NCBI GenBank assembly: GCA_965233585.1
Contig: CBDDTI010000746.1
Span: forward strand, 448,001-512,000
DNA: 64,000 nt
Direction of reading: 5' to 3'
Source of the DNA: a bacterium
GTDB lineage: Bacteria > SAR324 > NAC60-12
Below the pieces are notes generated by a model. The model was not told the DNA's origin. It saw nothing but the letters and a program-made list of their open reading frames with translations, and did not search any database. Within the stretch, counting starts at the first letter, position 1. The number at the start of each line of letters is the position of its first letter. Shown piece by piece: positions 31,520 to 41,726 of the stretch. The position numbers and the translations under genes are program-made.

Positions 31520-32396
31520 CTTTGATTCCTAGGTGCTTTTGCAATCTTTTCCCGTATGCTTGAGTTGAGCGATCCAACAAGATGGCAATGGCAACAATAG
31601 CCAAACCATTCACTAAACCCATGGTAAAGTATTGGTTGCTAATAGCTTGTAATACAGGTTGCCCAAGTCCTTTGACACCAATCATAGAAGCGATAACAAC
31701 CATTGCCAAAGACATCATAATACATTGATTGATGCCTGCCATAATTGTTGGAAGAGCGAGTGGCAACTGCACATCTCTGAGTTTCTGCCAATCAGACGAA
31801 CCGAAGGCATCAGCAGCTTCAATCATATCTTTATCCACCAAACGAATACCAAGGTTAGTCAAACGTATCATTGGGGGCAAGGCATAAACGACAACTGCGA
31901 TCATTCCTGGAATTTTGCCCAGACCAAAAATCATGACTACTGGGATTAAATAGACAAATGGAGGCATGGTCTGCATCATATCAAGCAATGGATTTACAAA
32001 TGATTGAACACGATCTGACTTAGCACAAGCAATTCCGAAAGGAATACCGATGCTGATCGCCAGCAAAGCACAGACTGTAATCATTGCAATCGTACGCATT
32101 GTGTCGTCCCACATACCCAAATAACCAATCAAGCACATAGAAATAAGGGTGCCGATTGCGATACGAACACTTCGGCTCATACCATAAACGATGGCTACTA
32201 TAACAGCTAATACAACAAACCACGGCAACGAAATGAGTAATTTCTCAAACCAAATCAAAAACATTTTAAGAGGTATGAAAACCTCCTCAATAGATGCACC
32301 ATATTCACGTGCAAAATCCTTAAAATAGGAATCTAAAGTCACTCTCAATCTTCGTAAATCAGAGCGACCAAGAGAAGGGAAATCAATCCAATCCAT
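31512..32396 (-). CDS. Betaine-type ABC permease (ProW/HutW-like)
   Basis: LDMMQTMP.FVYLIP, RLTNLGIR, EAADAFG, IMAGINQ. Confidence 0.92.
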   Translation of the reverse strand: MDWIDFPSLGRSDLRRLRVTLDSYFKDFAREYGASIEEVFIPLKMFLIWFEKLLISLPWFVVLAVIVAIVYGMSRSVRIAIGTLISMCLIGYLGMWDDTMRTIAMITVCALLAISIGIPFGIACAKSDRVQSFVNPLLDMMQTMPPFVYLIPVVMIFGLGKIPGMIAVVVYALPPMIRLTNLGIRLVDKDMIEAADAFGSSDWQKLRDVQLPLALPTIMAGINQCIMMSLAMVVIASMIGVKGLGQPVLQAISNQYFTMGLVNGLAIVAIAILLDRSTQAYGKRLQKHLGIKDE

Positions 32397-32415
32397 GTTA
32401 TTTTCTATCCTGCAA

Positions 32416-32442
32416 CGTGGTACAGGCTAAGCCTGTACCACG
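32416..32442. terminator. Perfect 12-bp stem hairpin between SBP and permease (terminator/mRNA stabiliser)
   Basis: CGTGGTACAGGC-TAA-GCCTGTACCACG. Confidence 0.6.
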
Positions 32443-32449
32443 ATTGATG

Positions 32450-33460
32450 TTATAAAGCCGCTTTTATTTTCTTTGCTACATCCACTGGAACCCACTTTTC
32501 CCAAACTTCTGAATAGTTCTCTAGGAAGTAATACGCTCCATCTTCGTTATTAGCCTGATTGTCAGTCATCCAAGCCATCAAAGAACTGGCAGTCGCACTA
32601 GTCCAGCTACGTTTTTTGAAGTATTCCAATGCAGTTTTTTCTTTTTTGGCAAAACGAGCAGAAACCAGTGTGTCAATTTCTGAAGGACCCCAGCCATTTA
32701 TTTTAGGATTTGGACAATTCACAACAGAAGAACAATTTTTATATTCTTCTTCAGAAAATGGTACATTGCCATCTAACAGAGTCATTTTGTATTTGCCTAG
32801 CATTGCTGTTGGTGACCAATAATATCCAAGCCAACCTTCTTTTCTCTCAAAGGCTCGTGCGATTGAGCCGTCTAAACCAGCCCCAGAGCCTGAATCTACT
32901 AATTCAAACCCCTTAGAACCTGCATCATAGGCACGGAAGTAATTTTCTGTGATGATCTGACAATTCCAACCTGCTGGGCAGTTAAACAATGCACCTTTGC
33001 TAGAATCTTCAGCGCCCGGGAATAGGTCTGGACGTGCTAAAGCATCTTCTACGGACTGGATATTATGTTGTTCTGCAATATAATGAGGAACCCACCACCC
33101 TTCTTGGGCACCATCTTTTAGAGGATGCCCTGCGATCATAATCCTTCCTGCTGCAACAGCTTCATCTAGCTTTCTTTTAACGCTGTGTACCCAAATTTCC
33201 GGTGCAATGTCTGGTTGCCCTTTTTCTGACATGGAGGCAAATGTCGGTCCTGTGTCTCCTGGTACTAGTTCTACACTACAACCATATCCACTTTCTAGGA
33301 TCACACGGTCAATTTGTGCCAACACGCCGGCAGATGTCCAGTTCATTTCAGCAACGGTCACATCACCACAGCCCTCAGATGCCAGTGCTGGTATATGACT
33401 GAACACAGACGCACAACCCAGCACAAGTGTTGTGGTCACAGTTTTTTTTAATAATTTCAT
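32450..33460 (-). CDS. Glycine betaine-family solute-binding protein (ProX/HutX-like)
   Basis: Signal peptide; CG.V..AEMNW.S, GYGC, PEIW, EGWWVP, CPAGW.C, GYYWSPT. Confidence 0.9.
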   Translation of the reverse strand: MKLLKKTVTTTLVLGCASVFSHIPALASEGCGDVTVAEMNWTSAGVLAQIDRVILESGYGCSVELVPGDTGPTFASMSEKGQPDIAPEIWVHSVKRKLDEAVAAGRIMIAGHPLKDGAQEGWWVPHYIAEQHNIQSVEDALARPDLFPGAEDSSKGALFNCPAGWNCQIITENYFRAYDAGSKGFELVDSGSGAGLDGSIARAFERKEGWLGYYWSPTAMLGKYKMTLLDGNVPFSEEEYKNCSSVVNCPNPKINGWGPSEIDTLVSARFAKKEKTALEYFKKRSWTSATASSLMAWMTDNQANNEDGAYYFLENYSEVWEKWVPVDVAKKIKAAL

Positions 33461-33731
33461 TTTGTAACCTATTTTAAATTTTAAACATTTGATATTTGAT
33501 TTATCTATACATTTAGCAATGCGTCATGAGTTTAGTACGCTTGCCAAATGTCATTTTATTTAGCAAAAAGAACAACAATCTCTGAAAGAGGTGGTGAATT
33601 ACAAGCTGGCAACGTAAGCAAGCTAAAATAATAAGCTCTCAATATGATTGGTAATTGTATGTTGCACATAATTCATACTATTTAAGTGAGTTTAAAACTA
33701 ACTCAAGTTTAAAGGGAGTTTATTATTCTGG

Positions 33732-35384
33732 CTACTTCACCATTGGCAAGTCAAGATGTTGCTCCTTAGCTTTTTGAATGGCAATGTCATAGCCTGCATC
33801 GGCATGCCGCATGACTCCTGTTGCAGGGTCATTAGTGAGGACGTTTTGGAGTCTTTGTTTGGCGTCATCAGTGCCATCTGCCACAATCACCACTCCTGAA
33901 TGTTGTGAAAACCCCATTCCCACACCTCCGCCATGGTGCAAACTGACCCAAGTTGCACCTCCTGCTGTATTTAATAATGCGTTGAGCAATGCCCAGTCAG
34001 ACACAACATCGCTGCCATCTTTCATGGCTTCTGTCTCTCGGTTTGGGCTACACACTGACCCTGAGTCTAAATGGTCTCTACCAATCACGATGGGTGCTTT
34101 GAGTTCACCAGTTTTGACCATTTCATTAAAGGCAACTCCTGCTTTGGCACGTTCTCCTGCACCAATCCAGCAAATTCTTGCAGGCAGTCCTTGAAAGTGG
34201 ATTTTGGACTTGGCTTGGTCTAGCCAACGGTGTAGTGCTTCATTTTCAGGAAAAAGCGATTTGACTTTCTCATCAGTTTTGTAAATATCTTCTGCGTCCC
34301 CTGACAATGCAACCCATCTGAAAGGACCGATGCCCTGACAAAATAAATCTCTGATATACAAGGGGACAAATCCCTTGAAGTCAAAAGCATTTGTGATGCC
34401 TTCTTCGTATGCCATCTGCCTAATGTTGTTGCCATAGTCAAAAGTAGGAATGCCTTTTTGTTGAAAGCCCAACATGGCTTGCACTTGAATTGCCATAGAG
34501 GCTTTGGCTTCTTTGATGAATGCTTCTGATGCGTTTTGTCTTTGTCTCTTGGCTTTTTCTAAATTGTAACCCAAAGGTAGGTAACCATTGAGGGGGTCAT
34601 GGGCGCTTGTTTGGTCTGTGACTGCATCAGGTAAGAAGTCACTTTGTAGAATTTGGGGATAAATTTCTGCGGCATTACCAAGTAATCCGACAGACAGAAC
34701 TTGGTTGTTCTCTTTGGCATTTTGAATTTTTGCGATGGCTTCTTCCAAAGAATAGGCTTTTTCATCGCAGTAGCCTGTCTCAATTCTTTTGTCTATGCGG
34801 CTTTCATCGCATTCAATGGCAATCATAGAAAACCCTGCAATGGTTGCGGCTAGAGGTTGAGCGCCTCCCATGCCTCCAAGCCCTGCTGTTAGGATCCATT
34901 TTCCTTGAACGTCTCCCCCAAAATGCTTTTTCCCCATCGCAACAAAGGTTTCATAAGTCCCTTGAACAATGCCTTGTGAGCCGATGTAAATCCAAGACCC
35001 TGCAGTCATTTGTCCATACATCATCAAGCCTTTTTTGTCTAATTCATGGAACGTCTCCCAGTTGGCTTTGTAGGGGACAATGTTAGAATTGGCTATCAGA
35101 ACTCTTGGAGCGTGAGTGTGTGTTTTAAAGACGCCAACAGGTTTGCCTGACTGCACAAGCAGTGTTTCATTTTCTTCTAAACGTTGCAGGACTTCTACGA
35201 TTTTGTGGTAGCATTCCCAGTTTCTTGCCGCCTTGCCAATTCCTCCATAAACGATTAAGTTTTCTGGAGCTTCTGCCACTTCTGGGTCTAAATTGTTCAT
35301 CAGCATTCTCATTGCCGCTTCGCAAACCCATGATTTGGCTGTTTTTGTTGTCCCTCTTGGAGCTTTAATTACTGTATTCATCAT
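33732..35384 (-). CDS. hutU: Urocanate hydratase
   Basis: [56 protein letters not shown]; start moved to MMNTV. Confidence 0.96.
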   Translation of the reverse strand: MMNTVIKAPRGTTKTAKSWVCEAAMRMLMNNLDPEVAEAPENLIVYGGIGKAARNWECYHKIVEVLQRLEENETLLVQSGKPVGVFKTHTHAPRVLIANSNIVPYKANWETFHELDKKGLMMYGQMTAGSWIYIGSQGIVQGTYETFVAMGKKHFGGDVQGKWILTAGLGGMGGAQPLAATIAGFSMIAIECDESRIDKRIETGYCDEKAYSLEEAIAKIQNAKENNQVLSVGLLGNAAEIYPQILQSDFLPDAVTDQTSAHDPLNGYLPLGYNLEKAKRQRQNASEAFIKEAKASMAIQVQAMLGFQQKGIPTFDYGNNIRQMAYEEGITNAFDFKGFVPLYIRDLFCQGIGPFRWVALSGDAEDIYKTDEKVKSLFPENEALHRWLDQAKSKIHFQGLPARICWIGAGERAKAGVAFNEMVKTGELKAPIVIGRDHLDSGSVCSPNRETEAMKDGSDVVSDWALLNALLNTAGGATWVSLHHGGGVGMGFSQHSGVVIVADGTDDAKQRLQNVLTNDPATGVMRHADAGYDIAIQKAKEQHLDLPMVK

Positions 35385-35403
35385 TTTTTTAAAGAAAGAA
35401 TCA

Positions 35404-35428
35404 TTTATCATTGACAATCAATGATAAA
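35404..35428. promoter_or_regulatory. Perfect 11-bp inverted repeat in the hutU/hutI divergent promoter; candidate operator
   Basis: TTTATCATTGA-CAA-TCAATGATAAA, containing a TTGACA hexamer. Confidence 0.55.
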
Positions 35429-35478
35429 CATCATTAAAATAATTGTCAATACCAATTTACAAAGTTTTAGGATTTTTT

Positions 35479-36705
35479 ATGACTAATCAAGTATTTATCA
35501 ATGCAAACATTGCTTTTTTAGATGATGCAAACCGTCTCCAGATTCTCAAAAACCATTTTTTAATTGTTCAAAATGGACAGATTGCTCAAATAGACACGAT
35601 GGCTCACTTCAATCATCAAAGTCAGGAAAATGTCTATGACGTCAACCACCAACTGTTGACGGCTGGTTTGATTGATTGTCATACACATTTAGTCTATGGA
35701 GGGGATCGGACTTTGGAGTTTGAGGAAAGATTAAATGGAGTCTCTTATGCAGACATTGCCAAACGAGGCGGGGGCATCAATGCCACAATTCAAAGTACTA
35801 GAGGAGAGAGTTTTGAAAAGATTTATCAGGACTCATGCCGTCGTTTACAAGGGTTGATGAACGAAGGAGTGACGACTATTGAAATCAAAAGCGGTTATGG
35901 TTTGAACACACAAAGTGAAATCAAAATGCTACAAATTGCAGACTTGCTTGCAAAAAATCATGCCGTACACATTGAAAAAACTTTTTTAGGTGCGCATACC
36001 ACTCCGCCAGAATATCAAAATCGCTCGCAACAATACATGGACTACGTTTGCAATGACATGCTGGAAGAGGTTCACCGCTTAGGGTTGTGTAGCAGTGTTG
36101 ATGCTTATTGCGAGCATTTAGCATTTAATGTGAAAGAAGTCAGGCAGTTGTTTGAAAAAGCAAAAGCACTGGGTTTACCTGTCAAGTTACACGCAGACCA
36201 GTTTTCTCAAATAGGCGCTGTGGAGCTGGCTTGTGAATTTGAAGCATTGTCAGTAGATCATCTGGAATATACCGATGTCAGAGGCGTCCAGTCCATAGCA
36301 GCCAGCAAGACAGTTGCAGTTTTGTTGCCCGGGGCGTATTACATGTTAAAAGAAACGCAAAAGCCTCCTGTCCAAATTTTAAGAGATTTTGACATTCCTA
36401 TTGCCGTAGCGACTGATTTGAACCCTGGCACCTCTCCTTTGTGTTCTTTACATTTAGCAATGAACATGGCTAGTGTGATTTTTGGATTAACAGTAGATGA
36501 GGTTTTTTGTGGAGTGACTCAAAATGCCGCTTTGGCATTGGGATTGTCAAACAAGAAAGGAAACATCAAAGTAGGGTATGATGCTGACTTTGCCATCTGG
36601 AATGTCAAGCACCCTAGAGAATTGATAGCCTCTTACATACCCAATCGGCTGTCTGCTCGCGTGGTCAATGGAGAAGTCTTACAAACCAAAAGTAGTGTCG
36701 CTTAA
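35479..36705 (+). CDS. hutI: Imidazolonepropionase
   Basis: GLIDCHTH, GGGI, E.KSGYGL, TFLGAH, KLHADQ, DHLE, ATD.NPGTS; start moved to MTNQV. Confidence 0.95.
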   Translation: MTNQVFINANIAFLDDANRLQILKNHFLIVQNGQIAQIDTMAHFNHQSQENVYDVNHQLLTAGLIDCHTHLVYGGDRTLEFEERLNGVSYADIAKRGGGINATIQSTRGESFEKIYQDSCRRLQGLMNEGVTTIEIKSGYGLNTQSEIKMLQIADLLAKNHAVHIEKTFLGAHTTPPEYQNRSQQYMDYVCNDMLEEVHRLGLCSSVDAYCEHLAFNVKEVRQLFEKAKALGLPVKLHADQFSQIGAVELACEFEALSVDHLEYTDVRGVQSIAASKTVAVLLPGAYYMLKETQKPPVQILRDFDIPIAVATDLNPGTSPLCSLHLAMNMASVIFGLTVDEVFCGVTQNAALALGLSNKKGNIKVGYDADFAIWNVKHPRELIASYIPNRLSARVVNGEVLQTKSSVA

Positions 36706-36819
36706 TTTCAAAAATCCAATCAATTCCTAATGGCTTCTTTGAAAAGGGAAGTGGAGTTTGAAAACCAAGAGGGAAGAAAAGGGAGCAGAACGCCCCCTTT
36801 GCATGAAAAAAAAGAGAAG

Positions 36820-37750
36820 ATTCAGATTGCGGGGTCAAGATGAGCAAAATCCTCCCGTCATTCTATGCCTCTCTTTGTCATTCCGTGCTTGACACGGAAT
36901 TTCAAAAAACGGAGCGATTCAGAAAAGAAGAGATTGCGGGTCAAGGTCGGCAAAATCCTCACGTCATTTGAGTGCTTGACACGGAATCTCAAACTCCTTT
37001 CGTCATTCCGTGCTTGACACGGAATCCATCAGCAGTCAGAGGATAGATTCCTGCCCCTGTTTTCACAGGGGTGACGTTCTTTCGCTCCGAATGACAATAG
37101 TTGTCATTCCGTGCTTCTTTCCGTCATTCCGCATTTGATGCGAAATCCATAGTCAATCATATCGTCTATCATTCCGCACTTGATGCAGAATTTCAAACGC
37201 CCTCCCGTCATTGCGGGACCTGACCCGCAATCTCAAACGCCCTCCGTCATTCCGCACTTGATGCGGAATCTCAAAAAACAAGAGTGAGATTGTGGGGCAA
37301 GTCCACAGATGACAGCGTAGGGACAAACCCAAGTGTTTGTCCTGTGTTTTAAGAAGAATGAGATAACTCACTCAAGATGAACCATGACGATTCTGTCATT
37401 GAGTGCCTGACACGGAATCCATCAGCAGTGAGAGCATAGATTCCCGCCTTCGCAGGAATGACAATAGTTGTCATTCCGCACTTGATGCGGAATCTCAAAA
37501 ATAAAATGAGATTACGGGTCAAACCCGCAATGACGAAAGACAAGCCAGCAGGTCAACGTAAGGACAAACCCGTGTGTTTGTCCTGTGTTTTAAGAAGAGT
37601 GAGATTGCGGGTCAAGGTGAGCAATGACAGAGTAGGGACAAACCCGTGTGTTTGTCCTGTGTTTTAAGAAGAATGAGATTGCGGGTCAAGGTCAGCCATG
37701 ACTAAGGACAAGGTGAGCCATGACCAAGACACGTCCACAATGACAGTGTT
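36820..37750. repeat. Cluster of mixed REP-like palindromes (BIME-like)
   Basis: Many copies of GTCATTCCG(C/T)(A/G)CTTGA(T/C)(G/A)CGGAATC, GAGATTGCGGGTCAAG..CAATGAC, GATTCC.GCCTTCGCAGGAATGAC and AGGGACAAACCCGTGTGTTTGTCCT. Confidence 0.85.
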
Positions 37751-37811
37751 CAAGGTCAACAATGGCAAGGGAATAAGAAGTGGTCAACAAGCGGGGGTGT
37801 TTTGACAAGCG

Positions 37812-40151
37812 TCAAGGACCAAATGCCCAAACATCGTTTTTGCAAATTCCATCCCATTCGTCCTCTCCTCCCAGCACCCAGAGTTTGCCATTGAACACGA
37901 CACTGCTGTGAGAACCCCTTTCTGACCAGTCTGCATTGCCAGTGACTTTTGTCCAATTCGCTCCATCAGAAGAACTCCAAACATCGTTTTTTCCAACTAA
38001 ATTTCTGTCAAATCCTCCCAGCACCCAGAGTTTGCCATTGAACACGACACTGCTGTGATCATCCCTTGCTGACCAGCCTGCATTGCTAGTGACTTTTGTC
38101 CAATTCGCTCCATCAGAAGAACTCCAAACATCGTTTTTGTAACTTCCGCCCTCTCCTCCCAGCACCCAGAGTTTGCTATTGAACACGACACTGGTGTGAA
38201 CCCACCTTTCTGACCAGCCTGCATCGCTAGTGACTTTTGTCCAATTCGCTCCATCAGAAGAACTCCAAACATCGTTTTTGTAACTTCCATCCCCTCCTCC
38301 CAGCACCCAGAGTTTGCCATTGAACACGACACTGCTGTGACCAGACCTTGCTGACCAGCCTGCATTGCTAGTGACTTTTGTCCAATTCGCTCCATCAGAA
38401 GAACTCCAAACATCGTTTTTGCGACTTCCGTCATATCCTCCCAGCACCCAGAGTTTGCCATTGAACACGACACTGGTGTGATCATTCCTTGCTGACCAGC
38501 CTGCATTGCTAGTGACTTTTGTCCAATTCGCTCCATCAGAAGAACTCCAAACATCGTTTTTGCGACTTCCGTCATATCCTCCCAGCACCCAGAGTTTGCC
38601 ATTGAACACGACACTGCTGTGATCATTCCTTGCTGACCAGCCTGCATTGCCAGTGACTTTTGTCCAATTCGCTCCATCAGAAGAACTCCAAACATCGTTT
38701 TTGTTACTTCCGTCATCTCCTCCCAGCACCCAGAGTTTGCCATTGAACACGACACTGCTGTGATTCCACCTTGCTGACCAGTCTGCATTGCCAGTGACTT
38801 TTGTCCAATTCGCTCCATCAGAAGAACTCCAAACATCGTTTTTGCGACCTCCGCCATATCCTCCCAGCACCCAGAGTTTGCCATTGAACACGACACTGCT
38901 GTGATCATCCCTTGCTGACCAGCCTGCATTGCTAGTGACTTTTGTCCAATTCGCTCCATCAGAAGAACTCCAAACATCGTTTTTGTTACTTCCATCCCAT
39001 CCTCCCAGCACCCAGAGTTTGCCATTGAACACGACACTGCTGTGATCATTCCTTGCTGACCAGCCTGCATTGCTAGTGACTTTTGTCCAATTCGCTCCAT
39101 CAGAAGAACTCCAAACATCGTTTTTGTAACTTCCATCCCATCCTCCCAGCACCCAGAGTTTGCCATTGAACACGACACTGGTGTGATCATTCCTTGCTGA
39201 CCAGCCTGCATTGTTAGTGACTTTTGTCCAATTCGCTCCATCAGAAGAACTCCAAACATCGTTTTTGTCATCTCCGTCATCTCCTCCCAGCACCCAGAGT
39301 TTGCCATTGAACACGACACTGGTGTGCTCATTCCTTGCTGACCAGCCTGCATTGCTAGTGACTTTTGTCCAATTCGCTCCATCAGAAGAACTCCAAACAT
39401 CGTTTTTGTTACTTCCGTCATATCCTCCCAGCACCCAGAGTTTGCCATTGAACACGACACTGCTGTGATCATTCCTTGCTGACCAGCTTTCTTCGATTGG
39501 CTTCCAAGAGTATTTGGAGATGTCAATGCTTGGAGGTTTTAGTTTGGCAGCAATGGCTTGGTCATAGCAAGCCCAGCCTGATGCAGGCGTGTTGCCTGAT
39601 GCTTTGACACGGACGCACAACTTGCCTGACGCAATGGCATCGTCTCCAAAACTAAAAGGGCTGGTGCAGTCTGTGATTTGTCCAGAGGTGGCACTTGTGC
39701 CATGAGTGGTGCATTCGTAACTCTTGCCTGAATCAGTAGCAAACGTTAAGGTTCTGCCTGAAATAGACAAGCTGGAAGGTTTGGCTAGTTTTTGAGGTGT
39801 TGGGGTCGTAGCAGCAATCGCTTGGTCATAGCAACTCCAATCAGAAGCAGGCGTGTTGCCTGATGCTTTGACACGGACGCACAACTTGCCTGACGCAATG
39901 GCGTTGTCTCCAAAACTAAAAGGGCTGGTGCAGTCTGTGATTTGTTCAGAAGTGGCACTTGTGCCATGAGTGGTGCATTCGTAACTCTTGTCTGAATCAG
40001 TGGCAAAGGTGAGCGTTCTGCCTGAAATAGACAAGCTGGAAGGTTTGGCTAGTTTTTGAGGTGTTTCTTTTTTGTTTTCTTTGTTGTTGCCAGAAGAACT
40101 CCCACCACTACTAGACGAACTTCCATCATCTTCTGCACAAGCAGAAATCAC
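37812..40151 (-). CDS. Surface lipoprotein: two Cys-rich stalk domains + 12 Kelch-like repeats; 5' end out of frame with its probable ATG (40486)
   Basis: Lipobox VISAC with in-frame upstream hydrophobic stretch; 47-aa repeat WSAR..H.SVVFNGKLWVLGG....KNDVWSSSDGANWTKVT. Confidence 0.85.
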   Translation of the reverse strand: MISACAEDDGSSSSSGGSSSGNNKENKKETPQKLAKPSSLSISGRTLTFATDSDKSYECTTHGTSATSEQITDCTSPFSFGDNAIASGKLCVRVKASGNTPASDWSCYDQAIAATTPTPQKLAKPSSLSISGRTLTFATDSGKSYECTTHGTSATSGQITDCTSPFSFGDDAIASGKLCVRVKASGNTPASGWACYDQAIAAKLKPPSIDISKYSWKPIEESWSARNDHSSVVFNGKLWVLGGYDGSNKNDVWSSSDGANWTKVTSNAGWSARNEHTSVVFNGKLWVLGGDDGDDKNDVWSSSDGANWTKVTNNAGWSARNDHTSVVFNGKLWVLGGWDGSYKNDVWSSSDGANWTKVTSNAGWSARNDHSSVVFNGKLWVLGGWDGSNKNDVWSSSDGANWTKVTSNAGWSARDDHSSVVFNGKLWVLGGYGGGRKNDVWSSSDGANWTKVTGNADWSARWNHSSVVFNGKLWVLGGDDGSNKNDVWSSSDGANWTKVTGNAGWSARNDHSSVVFNGKLWVLGGYDGSRKNDVWSSSDGANWTKVTSNAGWSARNDHTSVVFNGKLWVLGGYDGSRKNDVWSSSDGANWTKVTSNAGWSARSGHSSVVFNGKLWVLGGGDGSYKNDVWSSSDGANWTKVTSDAGWSERWVHTSVVFNSKLWVLGGEGGSYKNDVWSSSDGANWTKVTSNAGWSARDDHSSVVFNGKLWVLGGFDRNLVGKNDVWSSSDGANWTKVTGNADWSERGSHSSVVFNGKLWVLGGEDEWDGICKNDVWAFGP
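37815..39486 (-). repeat. 12 near-identical 141-bp coding tandem repeats
   Basis: Read directly in DNA and protein. Confidence 0.95.
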
Positions 40152-40282
40152 AAAAATCGTGAGCGGAATGAGAAAAAGTTTGAAGAAGTGGGATTTGAGT
40201 AGGTGAGAGAATTTTTTGACGAAAACGCAGAGAATTTGGCATTTTTGTCTTGACTTTTGAAAAAGCTGATTTAGCCTATATA

Positions 40283-40450
40283 GATTGCGGATTGCGGATT
40301 GCGGATTGCGGATTGCGGATTGCGGATTGCGGATTGCGGATTGCGGATTGCGGATTGCGGATTGCGGATTGCGGATTGCGGATTGCGGATTGCGGATTGC
40401 GGATTGCGGATTGCGGATTGCGGATTGCGGATTGCGGATTGCGGATTGCG
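40283..40450. repeat. Perfect heptanucleotide tract (GATTGCG)24
   Basis: 168 bp = 24 perfect units. Confidence 0.97.
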
Positions 40451-40536
40451 GATAAATTTTGCATATCGTGATTTTTTTGAGTTCATAAAAATATGATTTA
40501 AATCATCATCTTAAAAAGCAAGGAAAAAAGAGGCTT

Positions 40537-40565
40537 ATTGTAAATGAGTGAAAAACGAAATGCAA
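40537..40565 (-). promoter_or_regulatory. sigma70 promoter TTGCAT-N17-TACAAT directed into the heptamer tract and Kelch gene
   Basis: Near-consensus hexamers with exact 17-bp spacer on the minus strand, ~50 bp upstream of ATG 40486. Confidence 0.65.
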
Positions 40566-40614
40566 GCACTTTTTTACAAAATTCATAAAAAATGGAGTGA
40601 TTGGGAAGAAAAAA

Positions 40615-41085
40615 AGAGATTGCGGGGCAAGGTGAGCCATGACTAAGTTCAAGTTGAGCGATGACGAAAAAACACGCTTGCAAAGTTTCTCAGTCATTCC
40701 GTGCTTTTCTTAGTCATTCCGCACTTGATGCGGAATCTCAAAAACAAAAGAAGATTGCGGGTCAAGCCCGCAATGACAAAAAGATAAGACTGCAACACTC
40801 ACGTCATTCTGTGCTTGATGCGGAATCTATCAGCAAACCAAGCACAGATTCCTACATGACTAGATTCCTGCCCCTGTTTTCACAGGGGTGACGTTCTTTC
40901 GCTCCGAATGACAATAGTTGCCATTCTGTGCTTGACACGGAATCTCAAAACGAGGAGCCGTTTAGGAAAAAAGTGAGATTGCGGGTCAAGCCCGCAATGA
41001 CAGGTTAGTTGCCATTCCGCACTTGATGCGGAATCTCAAAAAAAGTGAACGAAGAAAAAAAGAGATTGAGGGTCAAGGTGAGCAA
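40615..41085. repeat. REP-like palindrome cluster
   Basis: Same palindrome families as 36820..37750. Confidence 0.85.
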
Positions 41086-41105
41086 ACATTTTTCAAAACG
41101 AGTGT

Positions 41106-41726
41106 TCAAGATTCTACTGCCTCCAGTTGGAGCTGCAACGAAGCAGGCGTGATGACCTGTAGTTCTCCTGCCTGTTCTTGAAAAAGATAAATGTCTTGCT
41201 CTTCTGCCTCACTAATGAGTTCGTCATAAAAGACTTCTCCCGCCAAACCGCAATGGATCTCATAATCTTGATACCTTGGAAACAATTTAGGAAAGGTCTC
41301 TTTCTGCCGAAGCACTTGTTGGAAATCTTTGACATGAGGTTTGCGTTTGACTTCTATCAAAAGCAAATGTTTTGTTTTGCTGAACAACACAAGATCGTAT
41401 TGAGCCGTGATGCCATTTTTCCCTTTGAGGTTTTGTTCCACTTCGTCGTAGCGAATGCCTCCAATTTCAATGAAACCATTTTTTTCTATAACCTGTTCAG
41501 CAGAACGAAACAGACGATTTTCTAAAATTTCTGACGTATTGCTGATGAAGTTTTCCATCTGCTTCACACCTCGCATCATGCTGGCAACTGCTGGTCCGAG
41601 TTCCTGAAATTGCAAAGTGGTTTCTTCTTGGCGTTTTTTCAACTCCTGCATACCTTTGGCATTTTCTTCTTGCTGCTTTGCAACTCTATCTAAAGTTGCC
41701 CAAATTTCATCAAATTGTTCACTCAT
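41106..41726 (-). CDS. Coiled-coil + PD-(D/E)XK nuclease-fold hypothetical protein
   Basis: N-terminal heptad-rich QQEE..MQELKKRQEE; E..YDLVL....LLIEVK motif. Confidence 0.7.
   Translation of the reverse strand: MSEQFDEIWATLDRVAKQQEENAKGMQELKKRQEETTLQFQELGPAVASMMRGVKQMENFISNTSEILENRLFRSAEQVIEKNGFIEIGGIRYDEVEQNLKGKNGITAQYDLVLFSKTKHLLLIEVKRKPHVKDFQQVLRQKETFPKLFPRYQDYEIHCGLAGEVFYDELISEAEEQDIYLFQEQAGELQVITPASLQLQLEAVES

Noticed and set aside
36820..37750. REP clusters as CRISPR arrays or genes (several 60-120 aa ORFs here and at 40.6-42.9, 53.4-54.1, 56.6 kb)
   Set aside because: Irregular spacing, both orientations, mixed families; ORFs are repeat translations (IPHLMRNL, RVKPAMT)
37815..39486. 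Possible CRISPR array (regular repeats with variable inserts)
   Set aside because: Units are 141-bp in-frame coding repeats with only a few variable codons; no cas genes
37997..39526. 509-aa alternative-frame ORF
   Set aside because: Shadow of the 141-bp Kelch repeat, which lacks stops in that frame; no recognisable fold
40250..40496. ORFs made of IADCGLR / IRNPQSA repeats
   Set aside because: Translations of the heptamer tract; only the 40486 start is considered meaningful, as a phase-variable 5' end
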